Sequence record: SRR20825006_483
Length of the DNA stretch: 64,000 nt
Reading direction: 5' to 3' (one strand)
In this document: piece by piece, positions 39,018 through 49,024 of the stretch
How positions within the stretch are numbered: the first letter of the stretch is position 1
How the letters are laid out: every line of letters begins with the position of its first letter
Position numbers and translations under genes: made by a program
The notes under the pieces: model-generated
Told to the model about the DNA's origin: nothing
What the model saw: the letters and a program-made list of their open reading frames with translations, nothing else
Databases searched by the model: none

Positions 39018-42000
39018 CAACACCGCCCAGTCCTGATCCGCATCTGCGGGAGGCTGTCCGATCTTAACGGAACCACCACCGGAAACCGTTTTGACGGATC
39101 CCGAATGAAGATCGCCGCCGATGCGAGCGTTGTACCAATGAACTTGGAACTCACCGTCCGCATCACTCAAATCGATCGAAGTGGTGCCGCCATCGGGCAA
39201 GTAGATCACGTACGCTTCGCCAGCTTTCGCCAAGCAGTACTTCGAGTTGTCGTGCTTTTCATTGCCCACCAACTCGTCTGCGTTGACCATCTCCCAAAAC
39301 GGAACTGCGTTGTTTTGGAAGAACTCGATGGCGACTCGGCAAGCGTCCCAGCTTTGATCGCGACTTCGCCAATCTTCGCAGCCGAGATCATTCTCGTCGT
39401 ATTGGTAGCCGAAGTAATATTCGACTCCGCCGCCGCCACCCATGAAGTTACCCCACAGCGTTTGCTTGCGGACTTCATGTTGGGTGTAGGTCATCTTGCC
39501 AGTCTTGTCACGGCCGTCGTAGCCGCGATAACCAAGGTCGGGGCACTGACCGTGAGCGGCCGATCCAGACTCGTCAAAGGCAACCACCCAAGGTTTTCCA
39601 GCCTCACGGGCTTTCTCGCTCCACTTCACGGTTTGCCAGTGAGTGTCTTTGATGTGGCTGTTTTGCAGCGACACACCTGTCAGATTCGACTTGTCACCAA
39701 GCAACGGATCGTACTTCTTGTCTTGCTCACCCGGGTAAGTGTGCAAGACGCGATGATGACCGTACGGATCCATCTCTTCGATGTAGTTCAACATCGCGAG
39801 GTGTTCGTCGGTGGTTTGCGTCGTTTCTTCGGCGAGGTTCCAGTTCAATGCCAAATTGTGACCGAAGCGAGCGATGATCTCTCGCAAATACAGCTTTCGC
39901 TGTGATCCGAGTTTGCCACCATCGAGCGATTCAGGTTTGAAGCCTTTGGCCTTTTGGCCTTGCCGATGGTCATCGTTCTCGGTTTCCTGCAACTTGAAGT
40001 GCAGGTACATGCCGTTTTCAGTTCCATGGTCAAAGACGATGCCCCACTGATCCAGCTTGCTGCAATCATAGTGAAGTTTGTCATCACGCTGAATGAAAGG
40101 CCAAACGTTGTCGCCGTCGCCACCCGCGTTGTAGGTCAGGAATGAAAATGCGTTGCAACCCTTTGATGAAAGGTAGTTGACCGCACCGATCAAACCCTTG
40201 CCTTGACCGTCTTTCCAGGTCGGATCACCACGACGCCAATCGCCAAGGTGCGGTTCATACTTCTTCAAAGGAACCTTGCCAGGTTTGCCAGCGACGGTTC
40301 CATCGAATTCAGCATAACCAAGCAGCGTTTCTGGAGCGTCCGCACCAGCTTTGAGGAAATACTGGCCGGTGCCCGCGAATTGGAGGTGCGATTGGTTGAC
40401 GTATCGAAGTCGACCATGTGCACGGAAGTCACGTCCGGATTTGTTCGTCTTTGCGACATTGAATGTTCCGGTCTTTCCGTTGAATGCAGCCACCGTTTTG
40501 GCCGATGCATCGCGATCGATCGCAGCATCTTTTCCAGTCGCGAAATGAACGGTGTAAGTCCACTCGCCCGTTTCATCAGGAGCAAAGTGAGCCCGCCACT
40601 GGGTGCCCGATTCAGCCGATGTGTTGGCAGCATTTCCATCGGCGGCAAAGAATCCCGGTACCAAGTATTGCTTGCCGCTTTCATGTTTGAATTCGACTTC
40701 CATCCGATGATCCAAGTATGGGTTCGGAGTGTTGTCTTGCTCGTGAGCGTAGGGACCGTTGAGAGTGACGGTGACCTTGTGCCACATGCGTTTTTCACCG
40801 GTGACCTGAACGCTACCGTCGCCATCTTTTTCGCGAGGCATTTGAAGAGGTTGATCACTGACCGGTTTGGTGGGGCTGCCGGTGCGGTCGTTGGACTCAG
40901 CAGAAGTCTTCGCGGCAACGAGGTGATTCTCTTTCGCGAAATTGGCTGCCGCCTTCGCGGTCGCTTCGTTGGCTGGAGTAAAGGTCAATTCGCTCCAACG
41001 GGCCCGGCTGTATTCTGCTCCATCCGCTGATGCGATCTTCGAAGCGACTTCTAGTTCAGCTCCTTCGGTGATCTGAACGTTCGCAAATGTTTTGTGGAAC
41101 TGTTTGCCTTCGGCAAAGGTTTGGTCCGCCATCGGACAAGTGAAGGAACCTATTGACTCTTTGTCAGCCGATACCGAGTAGGTGGATTGACCGTCGTTCT
41201 CGCCCACCGCTTTCAGCGTGACGTCGTAACGTCCACTGGGAAAAGGAAAGACCTTCTTCGCAGCAGCGGATTGATTGCGATCAGGATTGATTGCCAACCA
41301 TTTGCCTTGGTCCAAGTAGTAGCCACCGGATTTGAATTCAAACTCCTTCGCCGGAAGCGAAAGGACTTGCGTGGTCACATTTTCCTTCGGCTTGTTTGAT
41401 TTACCGGCCGGAGGTCGTTGGAAATTGCTGTCGGTCGTCATCAACCATTGGTCGAACTCAAACCCATCTTCTCGCATGGAGAAGTGAATTTTGTGTTCGC
41501 CGGGCTCATGAATGTCGAGGAAGATCTTGCCGGGCTCACCGCAGTGTTGAGCCTCGGTTCGTTGCTTGCTGTCCCAGTACCAAGAGTGTTTTCCCTGACA
41601 CCATTGCAGGCGTTGCCCTGATTCAGGCCAGGTGCCATCGATGCCGACGTGCAATCCGTTGTCTTCGCTGCCGGTCGAATAGGCTCGTACCCAAACGTAG
41701 TAACGACCAGGAGTCTGGACATTCACGCGATAGGTCAGCACTGCCATTTTGCCGGGTTGCGGCGAAAAGTTGGTTCCGTGAATCAGTTTGTCCGCGTGTG
41801 TTCGCCGTGTGTCCGGCAAGATCTCCAGGTACGCCCCGCCACTGGCATCGGACGCGTGAGACGGATCTCCATCGGGTTGGACTGAAGGAGCCGATTTAAC
41901 GGTTGTCAAATAGAAGGCGCGTTTGTCGGTGTTGGTTTGTGAAGCAAAGTCTTCCGCTTCGACTTTCAAAAACCCGTTTGCTTCCGTGAACACAGCGTCT

Positions 42001-42098
42001 GGTTTTTGGGCCGCGACACTGACGCACCAGGTGGCTGTGACAGCCAAAGCAAAGACTGTTTGCAGCGTAAGGAATTTACGTAATCTACACACTTGCAT
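39006..42098 (-). CDS. Large secreted DUF5060-containing putative glycoside hydrolase
   Basis: Signal peptide, N-terminal carbohydrate-binding-like domains ([13 protein letters not shown]), [17 protein letters not shown] (DUF5060), WNLAEE catalytic-like motif, C-terminal WYNARIG..DWAVLL domain. Confidence 0.75.
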   Translation of the reverse strand: MQVCRLRKFLTLQTVFALAVTATWCVSVAAQKPDAVFTEANGFLKVEAEDFASQTNTDKRAFYLTTVKSAPSVQPDGDPSHASDASGGAYLEILPDTRRTHADKLIHGTNFSPQPGKMAVLTYRVNVQTPGRYYVWVRAYSTGSEDNGLHVGIDGTWPESGQRLQWCQGKHSWYWDSKQRTEAQHCGEPGKIFLDIHEPGEHKIHFSMREDGFEFDQWLMTTDSNFQRPPAGKSNKPKENVTTQVLSLPAKEFEFKSGGYYLDQGKWLAINPDRNQSAAAKKVFPFPSGRYDVTLKAVGENDGQSTYSVSADKESIGSFTCPMADQTFAEGKQFHKTFANVQITEGAELEVASKIASADGAEYSRARWSELTFTPANEATAKAAANFAKENHLVAAKTSAESNDRTGSPTKPVSDQPLQMPREKDGDGSVQVTGEKRMWHKVTVTLNGPYAHEQDNTPNPYLDHRMEVEFKHESGKQYLVPGFFAADGNAANTSAESGTQWRAHFAPDETGEWTYTVHFATGKDAAIDRDASAKTVAAFNGKTGTFNVAKTNKSGRDFRAHGRLRYVNQSHLQFAGTGQYFLKAGADAPETLLGYAEFDGTVAGKPGKVPLKKYEPHLGDWRRGDPTWKDGQGKGLIGAVNYLSSKGCNAFSFLTYNAGGDGDNVWPFIQRDDKLHYDCSKLDQWGIVFDHGTENGMYLHFKLQETENDDHRQGQKAKGFKPESLDGGKLGSQRKLYLREIIARFGHNLALNWNLAEETTQTTDEHLAMLNYIEEMDPYGHHRVLHTYPGEQDKKYDPLLGDKSNLTGVSLQNSHIKDTHWQTVKWSEKAREAGKPWVVAFDESGSAAHGQCPDLGYRGYDGRDKTGKMTYTQHEVRKQTLWGNFMGGGGGVEYYFGYQYDENDLGCEDWRSRDQSWDACRVAIEFFQNNAVPFWEMVNADELVGNEKHDNSKYCLAKAGEAYVIYLPDGGTTSIDLSDADGEFQVHWYNARIGGDLHSGSVKTVSGGGSVKIGQPPADADQDWAVLLRK

Positions 42099-42252
42099 GG
42101 TGTTAGGACTCCTTGAGGGGGTGATAGGAGCGACCAATCTAGTTCAGTGGTTGCGGAATTAACAGCGATCGCTTGCAAGGTTGTTTTGACGATCGCAGTC
42201 CACTACAAACGGGAGGTCGCTTCCGCTCCTTTTAACCATGAAGTAGAGACAG

Positions 42253-42573
42253 ATGGACATCGAAAAATACATGGCCAACGTCAAAAAGTACGTGCCTAAT
42301 CCCAGCGAAGACGCGGTGGAATCTTTGGCCAACCATCTGCGGTTGGCTTTAGCGAACCGTGACTCAGCAATCGTCGCGGCCTCTGACCCTGAAGAACTGG
42401 CCAGCATCAAACGTGGTTACTGTTCGGTGAACCTCGATTTGACATCCGAAGAGGCCGACACAGCCATCGCGAAGGTGTGCAAGATCATGCAAGGCGACAA
42501 GTCAAAATGTCGCGTCACGTTCTACTATTTGTTGGCACAAGAAAGCGATACGATGAGCCGCGTGGCGGGATGA
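42253..42573 (+). CDS. DUF2853-like small protein
   Basis: DSAIVAASDPEEL..K..KCRVTFYYLLA. Confidence 0.7.
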   Translation: MDIEKYMANVKKYVPNPSEDAVESLANHLRLALANRDSAIVAASDPEELASIKRGYCSVNLDLTSEEADTAIAKVCKIMQGDKSKCRVTFYYLLAQESDTMSRVAG

Positions 42574-42613
42574 TGATTTTCTAATGCGCTAAACTTTCGC
42601 GAGGTATCGGTTC

Positions 42614-43663
42614 ATGTTTTTTGCGAGTGACAATTGGGCCGGTGCCGCCGATCCAATTGCGGAATCCTTGAGCCGCCACGCGAAGGGGATGTCGCCCGCC
42701 TACGGGACGAGCGACTTGGATCAACGGCTCGAGCAACGTTTCAACGATTTGTTCGAGACCGAGCTGGAAGTCTTTTTTGTCGGTACCGGTACCGCCGCGA
42801 ATTCGTTGGCTCTGTCCGCTGTTAACCGACCGGGTGGCTTTGTGCTTTGCCACCGTGATGCCCATCTGATCGAAGATGAATGTGGGGCCCCCGAATTCTT
42901 CACCTCGGGGGCTCGTCTGGCACCCGTCTCGGGAGATCTGGGAAGGATCTGCCCGCGAGCCTTGCAAAAGCAATTGCGGCGGTTCGATCCCAATTTTGTT
43001 CACCATGGACAACCGATGGCGGTCAGCATCACGCAAGCGACCGAAGTGGGAACGGTATACAACGTTGATCAGCTGAAAGAGATCAGTGGCATCGTCCATG
43101 ATCATAAGTTGCCGCTTCACATGGACGGTGCCCGTTTCGCAAACGCACTCGTCCATTTGGATCTGTCACCCGCAGAGATGACATGGAAAGCGGGTGTCGA
43201 TGTGTTGTCGTTTGGCGGTACGAAGAACGGTTGTTGGTGTGCAGAAGCCATCATCTTCTTTCGTCCTGAGTTGGCCAAGCAAATGCCATTCATTCGGAAA
43301 CGAGCGGCGCAGCTGTTTTCAAAGACTCGTTTTATTGCCGCTCAGTTCCACGCTTACCTGGATGACGATCTTTGGCTCGGCTTGGCTCGGCATGCAAACA
43401 GGATGGCATCGCGTTTGGCCGATGGAATTGAGAAGTCTTCCGCTGCGGAACTCGCTTGGCAAAACGAAACAAACGAGGTGTTCGTGGTGATGGAAAAATC
43501 GCGAGCAGAAAGCTTGCAAGCAGCGGGGGCCCGTTTCTATCCCTGGCCGACTCCGAATGACTCCACGACGGACCCACCTGAGGGGCATGCGATGTACCGA
43601 TTTGTGACCTCGTTCTGCACGGATCCCGCCGAAATTGATCAATTCCTGGGTTTACTGGGTTAG
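42614..43663 (+). CDS. ltaE: Low-specificity L-threonine aldolase
   Basis: FASDN, TGTAANSL, DECGAPEF, TQATEVGTVY, HMDGARFANA, SFGGTKNG (PLP lysine). Confidence 0.9.
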   Translation: MFFASDNWAGAADPIAESLSRHAKGMSPAYGTSDLDQRLEQRFNDLFETELEVFFVGTGTAANSLALSAVNRPGGFVLCHRDAHLIEDECGAPEFFTSGARLAPVSGDLGRICPRALQKQLRRFDPNFVHHGQPMAVSITQATEVGTVYNVDQLKEISGIVHDHKLPLHMDGARFANALVHLDLSPAEMTWKAGVDVLSFGGTKNGCWCAEAIIFFRPELAKQMPFIRKRAAQLFSKTRFIAAQFHAYLDDDLWLGLARHANRMASRLADGIEKSSAAELAWQNETNEVFVVMEKSRAESLQAAGARFYPWPTPNDSTTDPPEGHAMYRFVTSFCTDPAEIDQFLGLLG

Positions 43664-43744
43664 GCGACTACGGAGTCCCGAATGTGTCCTACGTTTGAAC
43701 GTCATCTCAAACTCGGCACTCATTTCACGGACTGATCCCAACCT

Positions 43745-44671
43745 ATGCCCATCGAATCTCTTCGCTTGTTGTTGGTCGAAGACAATGACTTGGATGCGAT
43801 GTTCATCACACGGGTGTTCCAACGCTCCAAGATGTTCGATGCCGAGATCGTTCGAGCGTGTTCGCTCAGTGAAGCTCTTGAAAAGACAGAACAATCGGAC
43901 TTCGACGTTGTCCTGCTGGATTTAGGGTTGCCTGACAGCAGCGGACTGCAATCAATCCGCGCGATTCGGGAACGAGTCACATCGATTCCTATCGTTGTCC
44001 AAACCGGCGACGATCGAGTCGAAACCGGGTTCGCCGCAATCGAAGCGGGCGCTCAAGACTTTTTATCCAAGAACGACTTGAAGGATCACTTGCTGACGCG
44101 ATTGACGATCCATGCCATTCTGCGTCAGCGTCAAATGCTGGAACTTCAAGAGGCTTCTCACATCGACTCAATGACGGGAATCGCCAATCGACGCCGCTGT
44201 GATATTGAATTCCAAACCCGGTTGGAGTTGCTTTCACAAAGCGGTGTTCCGTTTTGCGTTGCCATCGTTGACATTGATTGTTTTAAATCGATCAATGATT
44301 CCGGCGGTCACGATTTGGGTGACCACGTCATCTGCAAAGTCGGTCAAGAACTTCGTGAAATCAGCCGGCCCGATGACCTGGTGGCTCGGATCGGTGGCGA
44401 GGAGTTCGCAATCATCTTTACAAACACGTCGATTGATGAACTCGGAACGCTTCAGCAGCAACATCGAAAGGCGGTTGAGCGACTGGACTTTCACCCCGAA
44501 AACATCAGGGTGACTGTCAGTGTTGGTGGCACATGCGTGCTGGCTTCTGATGACAGCCGTTCTGCTTTTCGCCGAGCGGACTTGGCCTTGTACGCCGCAA
44601 AGAAAAACGGACGCAATCAATGCAAGATCGAGACCGCCATTCGGCCCGCGTGCAGCGGCCAGATTGCTTAA
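43745..44671 (+). CDS. Response regulator with diguanylate cyclase (REC-GGDEF)
   Basis: LLVEDN, LLDLGLPD; DIDCFKSIND, RPDD I-site, GGEEF, ADLALYAAK..GRN. Confidence 0.92.
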   Translation: MPIESLRLLLVEDNDLDAMFITRVFQRSKMFDAEIVRACSLSEALEKTEQSDFDVVLLDLGLPDSSGLQSIRAIRERVTSIPIVVQTGDDRVETGFAAIEAGAQDFLSKNDLKDHLLTRLTIHAILRQRQMLELQEASHIDSMTGIANRRRCDIEFQTRLELLSQSGVPFCVAIVDIDCFKSINDSGGHDLGDHVICKVGQELREISRPDDLVARIGGEEFAIIFTNTSIDELGTLQQQHRKAVERLDFHPENIRVTVSVGGTCVLASDDSRSAFRRADLALYAAKKNGRNQCKIETAIRPACSGQIA

Positions 44672-44677
44672 GTTCGC

Positions 44678-46018
44678 TTAAACGCGGATTCCGAGTTTTG
44701 CTTCCATTTGCTCCAGCGAGATGCCCTTGGTTTCAGGCAACATCGTGATGACCCAAAGTCCTTGCAGGACCATCATGAAGCAGAAAAAGCCAAAGATGGC
44801 AGCGGGATGAAACGTCTCCACCACGGCCGGAAAAACAAGCGTCAGCAATGCCGCAAAGATCCAGTGCGTGAAGCTTCCCAGCGATTGACCCGCGGCACGA
44901 TGCTCGTTGGGAAAGACTTCTGAGATCAGCACCCAAATGACCGCACCCTGCCCCATCGCGTGCGATGCGATGAAGGCGAAAATGCATGCGGGAACAATGC
45001 TAAATGTTTCGGATTGAAAGGCGTAGGCGCACGTCCCCAGCGACAGGATGTAGCCCGCCGAACCAATCAGTAGCAACGTGCGACGACCCAGTCGGTCGAT
45101 CAAATACAAGCCCACAAAGGTGAAGATCAGGTTGGTGATACCAATGCCGATCGATTGCAAAAGAGCGGCTTGTTCGCCCATACCGGCCAATTCAAAAATT
45201 CGCGGTGAGAAGTATAGAACGGCATTGATTCCAGAAAGCTGATTGAAAAACGCGACGAGGAATGCAATGGATATGGGAGTGAATAGTCGACGGCTCCAAA
45301 ACGGTTCCGCGGGAGTCAGGTCCGACTCGGCACGGAGAGAGGCGACAATTTCATCCACCGTCCCTTGCACCTCTTCATGGGACGCTTCTGGACGTAGTTG
45401 TTTCAGAACCGACATACCGGCCGCTTGGTCTTTCTTGACCGCGATCAACCATCGAGGGCTCGATGGCAACGAAATGCACATGACGGTGAAGATCAAAGCG
45501 GGGATCGCTTCCACCGCCAACATCCATCGCCAAGCATTCTCGTTACCCCAGGTGCCAATCAGATAATTGGACGCGAACGCGACCATGATTCCAAAGACGA
45601 TGTTGAATTGAAACAATCCAGTCAAAGTCCCGCGATGTTTCGGTGGCGAGATTTCGGAGATGTATAGCGGAGCCGCGACGGTAGAAATTCCAACGCCTAA
45701 GCCGCCGATGAAGCGAGCGATCATGAACGAGAAAACGTCTGTCGCAAAACCTGACCAAATCGCCGAAACCAAGTACAGAATCCCGATCCAGAGCAACGTC
45801 TTTTTGCGTCCGAATTTGTCAGTTGGCCAACCGCCGACCAAGGATCCGATGACGGTCCCCCACAACGCGGCGCTCAGGGCAAGACCGTGTTGGAAATCAC
45901 CCAGCGCCCACAGACCCTGGATGGCTTTTTCAGCTCCGGAAATAACGACTGTGTCAAAGCCGAACAGAAACCCCGCCAAGGACGACGTCAAACTCCACAG
46001 GAAAACACGCTGATTCAA
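44678..46018 (-). CDS. Sugar porter family MFS transporter
   Basis: GFLFGFDT, DKFGRK, PLYISEISP..RG, QLSGINAVLY, WVLISEVFP, PETKG; TTG start. Confidence 0.92.
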   Translation of the reverse strand: MNQRVFLWSLTSSLAGFLFGFDTVVISGAEKAIQGLWALGDFQHGLALSAALWGTVIGSLVGGWPTDKFGRKKTLLWIGILYLVSAIWSGFATDVFSFMIARFIGGLGVGISTVAAPLYISEISPPKHRGTLTGLFQFNIVFGIMVAFASNYLIGTWGNENAWRWMLAVEAIPALIFTVMCISLPSSPRWLIAVKKDQAAGMSVLKQLRPEASHEEVQGTVDEIVASLRAESDLTPAEPFWSRRLFTPISIAFLVAFFNQLSGINAVLYFSPRIFELAGMGEQAALLQSIGIGITNLIFTFVGLYLIDRLGRRTLLLIGSAGYILSLGTCAYAFQSETFSIVPACIFAFIASHAMGQGAVIWVLISEVFPNEHRAAGQSLGSFTHWIFAALLTLVFPAVVETFHPAAIFGFFCFMMVLQGLWVITMLPETKGISLEQMEAKLGIRV

Positions 46019-46144
46019 TTTTGATTGCCCGATGTTGGAACGTTGCTCGTCGGAGGCACGCTGCTCAACCGCCGTGCCGCCGCGCCAATGATTTCGCGCC
46101 GACCGAGCGTTTGCGTGCCCGCCGTTCCAAAGTCTAGCAAGACT

Positions 46145-47602
46145 TCATTCGGGTATGTTCACCACTGTGGATGAGTGTCCATGGGATGCGGCATTGGCTG
46201 GTTCGCCATCAGGCGGAGTGTCGTGGCGCAAACGCGTCAGTTCCTTCGCGGCGTGATAACGCGAAGCGATTCCCGGTTGTGGGTACAAACCGCCACCAAG
46301 CAGTAACAACGTCAGCAGCAGAATCGCGAAACGTTCAGCAGGGCGAGCCCGCATCGAAACCAAAGTTCGATTTTCGCGACCGGTGAAAACTCGGAAATAG
46401 GCGAGCAACACCGCGATGCCGCATAACGCCGTTGCGATCACCACCATCGTCCCAACCAACGGGTAAACCTCGACCGCGCCTTCGATCAGTAGTTCCATTC
46501 CAACGAACCCGATCGTTGCAGGGAATCCAATTGATGCGAGTCCGGTCAGCAGAAAGAATCCTGCAAGCATCGGCATTTGTGCGTAGAGACCGTGGAACTC
46601 GTCCAACGAAAAACGAGAGATTCTCGCTTCGATGCATCGCAACGTGATCCCAAATCCGGTCAAGGACATGGCCACCGACAACCACAAACTTAACGCACCG
46701 GTCAGTCCGGTAGGTGTGACCAGTTCCAGTCCAACCAAAATCAACGAAGACTGAGACAGAAGCAAGAAGCAGAACATTCGGCGAGCGTCCGATTGCACCA
46801 ACGCCATCGCACCGGCATACACCGCCGTGAACAAGGATAAAACCGCGATGCTTTGCAACGCCCACGAAGGAGCAATCGGCAAAACCAATCGCATCACCGC
46901 GTAAGCACCCACCAAAGGAGTTGTGTGCAAAATCGCGGTGCCAAAGGTGGCCTTTTCAAACAGATCCGTCATCCACAAGTGCAACGGGAAAATGCCACTT
47001 CGAAGCAGACCCGCCGCGGTCAGCAACGCACCTGGAATCAGAATGGCGGTGGTGCCGGAGTCGACCAACGTCAACCACCCATAACCAACGACCAACAACC
47101 CAGCGAACAGGCCCATGTGCAAACAATAAATCCGTGTACACCGCTGGCGACGTCGCAGTTCCAAGAAAGGCGGAATGGTGGAGGCGATCAACAATGCAAT
47201 CAATGCCCATGATGCGCGACAACTGAACGTTGCCAACACCAACGATTCTGAAATCAATGCCAACTCAAGCGAGAAACGTGGTGCCTTTGTGCGAAGTGTT
47301 GATAGCACAATGACCATGAAAATCAACGCTGCCAACGGAAGTTGAAATGCACTCAGTTCGTCAATCACGAAAACATCCGGCGGAAAGATCCAGCTCAGAA
47401 ATTGCCAGTGGTCGTGAGCTTCGAATGCGCCGACCATGGTGAAGTCGACCAGTTCGCCGATCGTCAACAACAATGTCACGATGCAGATGACAACCGTGTC
47501 CCGCAACGCGCGTTCACTGTTGCTGCGGAGTTGCAACCAGACGGCGCCGAGCAGTGGAACGAGAATCGAACATTCGATCCAGGGAAAGTGCAGTTCAGAC
47601 AA
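46145..47602 (-). CDS. NuoM/HyfF-like proton-conducting membrane subunit, third gene of the DAB operon
   Basis: About 14 TM helices, RSGIFPLHLW, GAYAVMR, GLASIGFPATIGFVGMELL; 12 bp from the upstream gene. Confidence 0.8.
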   Translation of the reverse strand: MSELHFPWIECSILVPLLGAVWLQLRSNSERALRDTVVICIVTLLLTIGELVDFTMVGAFEAHDHWQFLSWIFPPDVFVIDELSAFQLPLAALIFMVIVLSTLRTKAPRFSLELALISESLVLATFSCRASWALIALLIASTIPPFLELRRRQRCTRIYCLHMGLFAGLLVVGYGWLTLVDSGTTAILIPGALLTAAGLLRSGIFPLHLWMTDLFEKATFGTAILHTTPLVGAYAVMRLVLPIAPSWALQSIAVLSLFTAVYAGAMALVQSDARRMFCFLLLSQSSLILVGLELVTPTGLTGALSLWLSVAMSLTGFGITLRCIEARISRFSLDEFHGLYAQMPMLAGFFLLTGLASIGFPATIGFVGMELLIEGAVEVYPLVGTMVVIATALCGIAVLLAYFRVFTGRENRTLVSMRARPAERFAILLLTLLLLGGGLYPQPGIASRYHAAKELTRLRHDTPPDGEPANAASHGHSSTVVNIPE

Positions 47603-47614
47603 CGATGGGGATCC

Positions 47615-49024
47615 CTATGCGGCGGTGGAGATGTCTTGTGGTGTGTTGTCGTCAAAACCAGACTCATCGGTTTCGACGTTGGAATCAGGTTCCCGCGAGA
47701 GAAAGCGAGTGATCCGTTCTTCCGTTCGATTGCAGAAGAGGAAGAAACCAACGAATGGTCCCGCGATCCAACGATCCAGGGCAATGTCCATGAAGCCTCG
47801 GTCAAACCCGAATCGATAACACCAACGTTGGACTGGTTTTGGCAACCAGCCCACACCTGACCAAGGTTGTTGCTGCAAGCGAGAACCAATTTTGTTCTCG
47901 AGGTCGTTGTAGTCTCGAAGCAGGGTCGGAGCCCTGAGCAACTGCATCGTTCGCAATGTCGCATGCCCCATGATGTGAATGAGCGCGAGGTAACGCAGGC
48001 CCAATCCGATTTCGACGACGATGATTCCGACCTGAGTCAGGGACGCATACGCAAGCGACGTTTTTACGTCGGTTTGCACCCGAGACATCAAGGCGCCTCC
48101 GATGGCCGAAATGACGCCGAGTGAGAGGACCATCACTTGCAATGCGAGTGAAGCTTCCAACAAGGGGCTGAGACGAAGCAACAAATAGGCACCCAAATGA
48201 ACCGACAAAGCCCCGTAAAAAATTGCGCTCGACGGAGTTGGCCCTTCCATCGCGCGCGGCAACCAACCGCTGAATGGAAAGAGTGCCGATTTCCCTGCTG
48301 CACCGATCAGCAACAACGTGCCCACCAAGAGTGCTTGGGATGAAGTCACTGCCGCGGTTCCTTCCGGCCAGATTCCTGAGTTCATCAGACCGCCGAAATC
48401 GCCTTCGCCGACCATGTGATGCATCGTGATCGCGGCAATCAACAAAGCGGCATCCGAGAGCCGATAGATCGTCCAAACGCGTTGTCCATTTCGAACCGGA
48501 TTTTCGCGTTCGTGGAAATAGGCGATCAGCAAGGCAGACGACAATCCCACCATTTCCCATCCAACAAACAATGTTTCAATGGTGCCCGCCAGCGAAGACA
48601 GGACCATCCCGCAGTAGAAGATCGCGTAGAACAAAAAGAACCGAGCAAAGCCTTGTTCGCGATGCAAGTATCGCCGCGTGAACTCTCCGACGACGCCGCA
48701 TAGCACACACGAGAGCATCAAGAACGGAATGCTCAGCCGATCGAAGGTGAACTTCAAATGAAAGTGAAAGGCTTGTTCCGGAATCGTCACCCAATTCCCA
48801 AATTCGATCGGAACGTTTCGGATTCCCGTCGCCAACATCGCGATCAAAATCGCAATCGCAGGAATGAGAGAAAGCAACACCGATGTTTGCGTGAGCCGAA
48901 CCGTCGCTGTTTCACTGAGCGGGCGATTGAGCAGCAAAGTCAACCCCATCACCGCCAGCAGCAGCACGGGGCTGGCAACCACGGCGGTGCCCAGCACATG
49001 AAAGAAAATGTCCAGTGTGTTCAT
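47615..49024 (-). CDS. dabB: NuoL-like membrane subunit of a DAB/Mps inorganic carbon transporter
   Basis: [52 protein letters not shown]; overlaps the DUF2309 stop (ATGA). Confidence 0.8.
   Translation of the reverse strand: MNTLDIFFHVLGTAVVASPVLLLAVMGLTLLLNRPLSETATVRLTQTSVLLSLIPAIAILIAMLATGIRNVPIEFGNWVTIPEQAFHFHLKFTFDRLSIPFLMLSCVLCGVVGEFTRRYLHREQGFARFFLFYAIFYCGMVLSSLAGTIETLFVGWEMVGLSSALLIAYFHERENPVRNGQRVWTIYRLSDAALLIAAITMHHMVGEGDFGGLMNSGIWPEGTAAVTSSQALLVGTLLLIGAAGKSALFPFSGWLPRAMEGPTPSSAIFYGALSVHLGAYLLLRLSPLLEASLALQVMVLSLGVISAIGGALMSRVQTDVKTSLAYASLTQVGIIVVEIGLGLRYLALIHIMGHATLRTMQLLRAPTLLRDYNDLENKIGSRLQQQPWSGVGWLPKPVQRWCYRFGFDRGFMDIALDRWIAGPFVGFFLFCNRTEERITRFLSREPDSNVETDESGFDDNTPQDISTAA

Noticed and set aside
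46145-49024. Possible respiratory complex I (nuoL/nuoM) or Mrp antiporter genes
   Set aside because: No other nuo or mrp subunits nearby; translational coupling to DUF2309 indicates a DAB-type transporter
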